The position numbers were made by a program, and so were the translations under genes. A DNA stretch of 64,000 nt, taken from NCBI GenBank assembly GCA_001600815.1, contig BCKZ01000011.1:227622-291621 (forward strand). Direction: 5' to 3'. This DNA comes from Alloascoidea hylecoeti (taxonomy: Eukaryota). Each line of letters opens with the position of its first letter. Positions within the stretch are counted from its first letter, which is position 1. The notes beneath the pieces are model-generated. The model worked only from the letters and a program-made list of their open reading frames with translations. It was not told where the DNA came from and did no database searches. Below are positions 63,240-64,000 of this stretch, piece by piece.

Positions 63240-64000
63240 CTTGAATTTATACAGGTTTGATTATTGTTGTATTATACAACTACAAACTTATAATTAAGTA
63301 ATGGTTATAAAAATTATATAATTACAATTGGGGTGCAAATATTATGAACACTCCAAATTTATTAATGATGACTGGGATTTTCTTAGAAAGAATATCTTTA
63401 TAATTATAATGAATGATCATGATTTGAAATGATAATAAATAGTTTTGATGTTTACGATAGTACTAATATGGATATGTTTTCTTTATAACATTTGATACGA
63501 TTTTTCTTATAAAAATATACAAATAATTGATAGTTAATAGCTAATATACTGTCATCCAATCCAATTCACTTTAATGAAAGATCAAGGAATATTGGATATT
63601 TTGGTAGCAGGAATTATATTCGTATCTCTTAACTTTTGAAGATTTGAACAATTTCAACCGATAATCTCCTCAAAGCTATACCGAAGGTAAAGTACAAAAC
63701 CTCATGAACAATTGAACATACTTGTGTTCTGAAACTTCCCAACCTTGTATGGAAAATTAATTTCCACGGCACTGGTCATAAAAGCTTTAAATATTATTTC
63801 ATTGCTCAAATCAACTGGACATTGAACACTTCACGGGTAAATTTCTAAAACATTAATATTTCATAAACTAACATAATTATGTGCCTGGAGATTAGACATC
63901 ATCAATAGAAATTCTATATAAACAGATCATCATTAATATAAATCAAAACATATGCCATACAATCATGAGTTATAATTATACTACCAACTTATCTTCTGCC

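Overview
AT-rich budding-yeast (Saccharomycotina-like) chromosomal DNA. It has short spliceosomal introns (GTATGT/GTAAGT/GTACGT donors, CTAAC-type branch points) and uses the standard code, since CTG encodes conserved Leu in SAR1 and RBX1. About 18 apparently intact genes: AVT3/4-like (partial), MCR1-like cytochrome b5 reductase, a four-HMG-box mitochondrial protein, a divergent amidase + FEN2-like transporter pair, PHA2, HRT1/RBX1, JMJD5-like JmjC, ZIM17, SEC27, SAR1, BMS1, ITC1, an orphan secreted protein, DOA1, SAC1, SDA1, a probably GPI-anchored class-3 lipase and an XlnR-like Zn2Cys6 regulator. Between them lie decayed Ty3/Gypsy, Tc1/mariner and Ty1/Copia elements and pseudogene fragments (ABCB transporter x2, lipase). 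The most striking structural signal is recurrent inverted duplication: a Copia element turned inside out, a ~1.9 kb fold-back of the secreted gene, a ~1.3 kb inverted duplicate bracketing a 14 kb housekeeping block, and two small fold-backs. The most speculative lead is a signal-peptide-led, env-like reading frame behind a Gypsy integrase tail. Intron boundaries, alignments and homology calls were made by eye; no searches were run.
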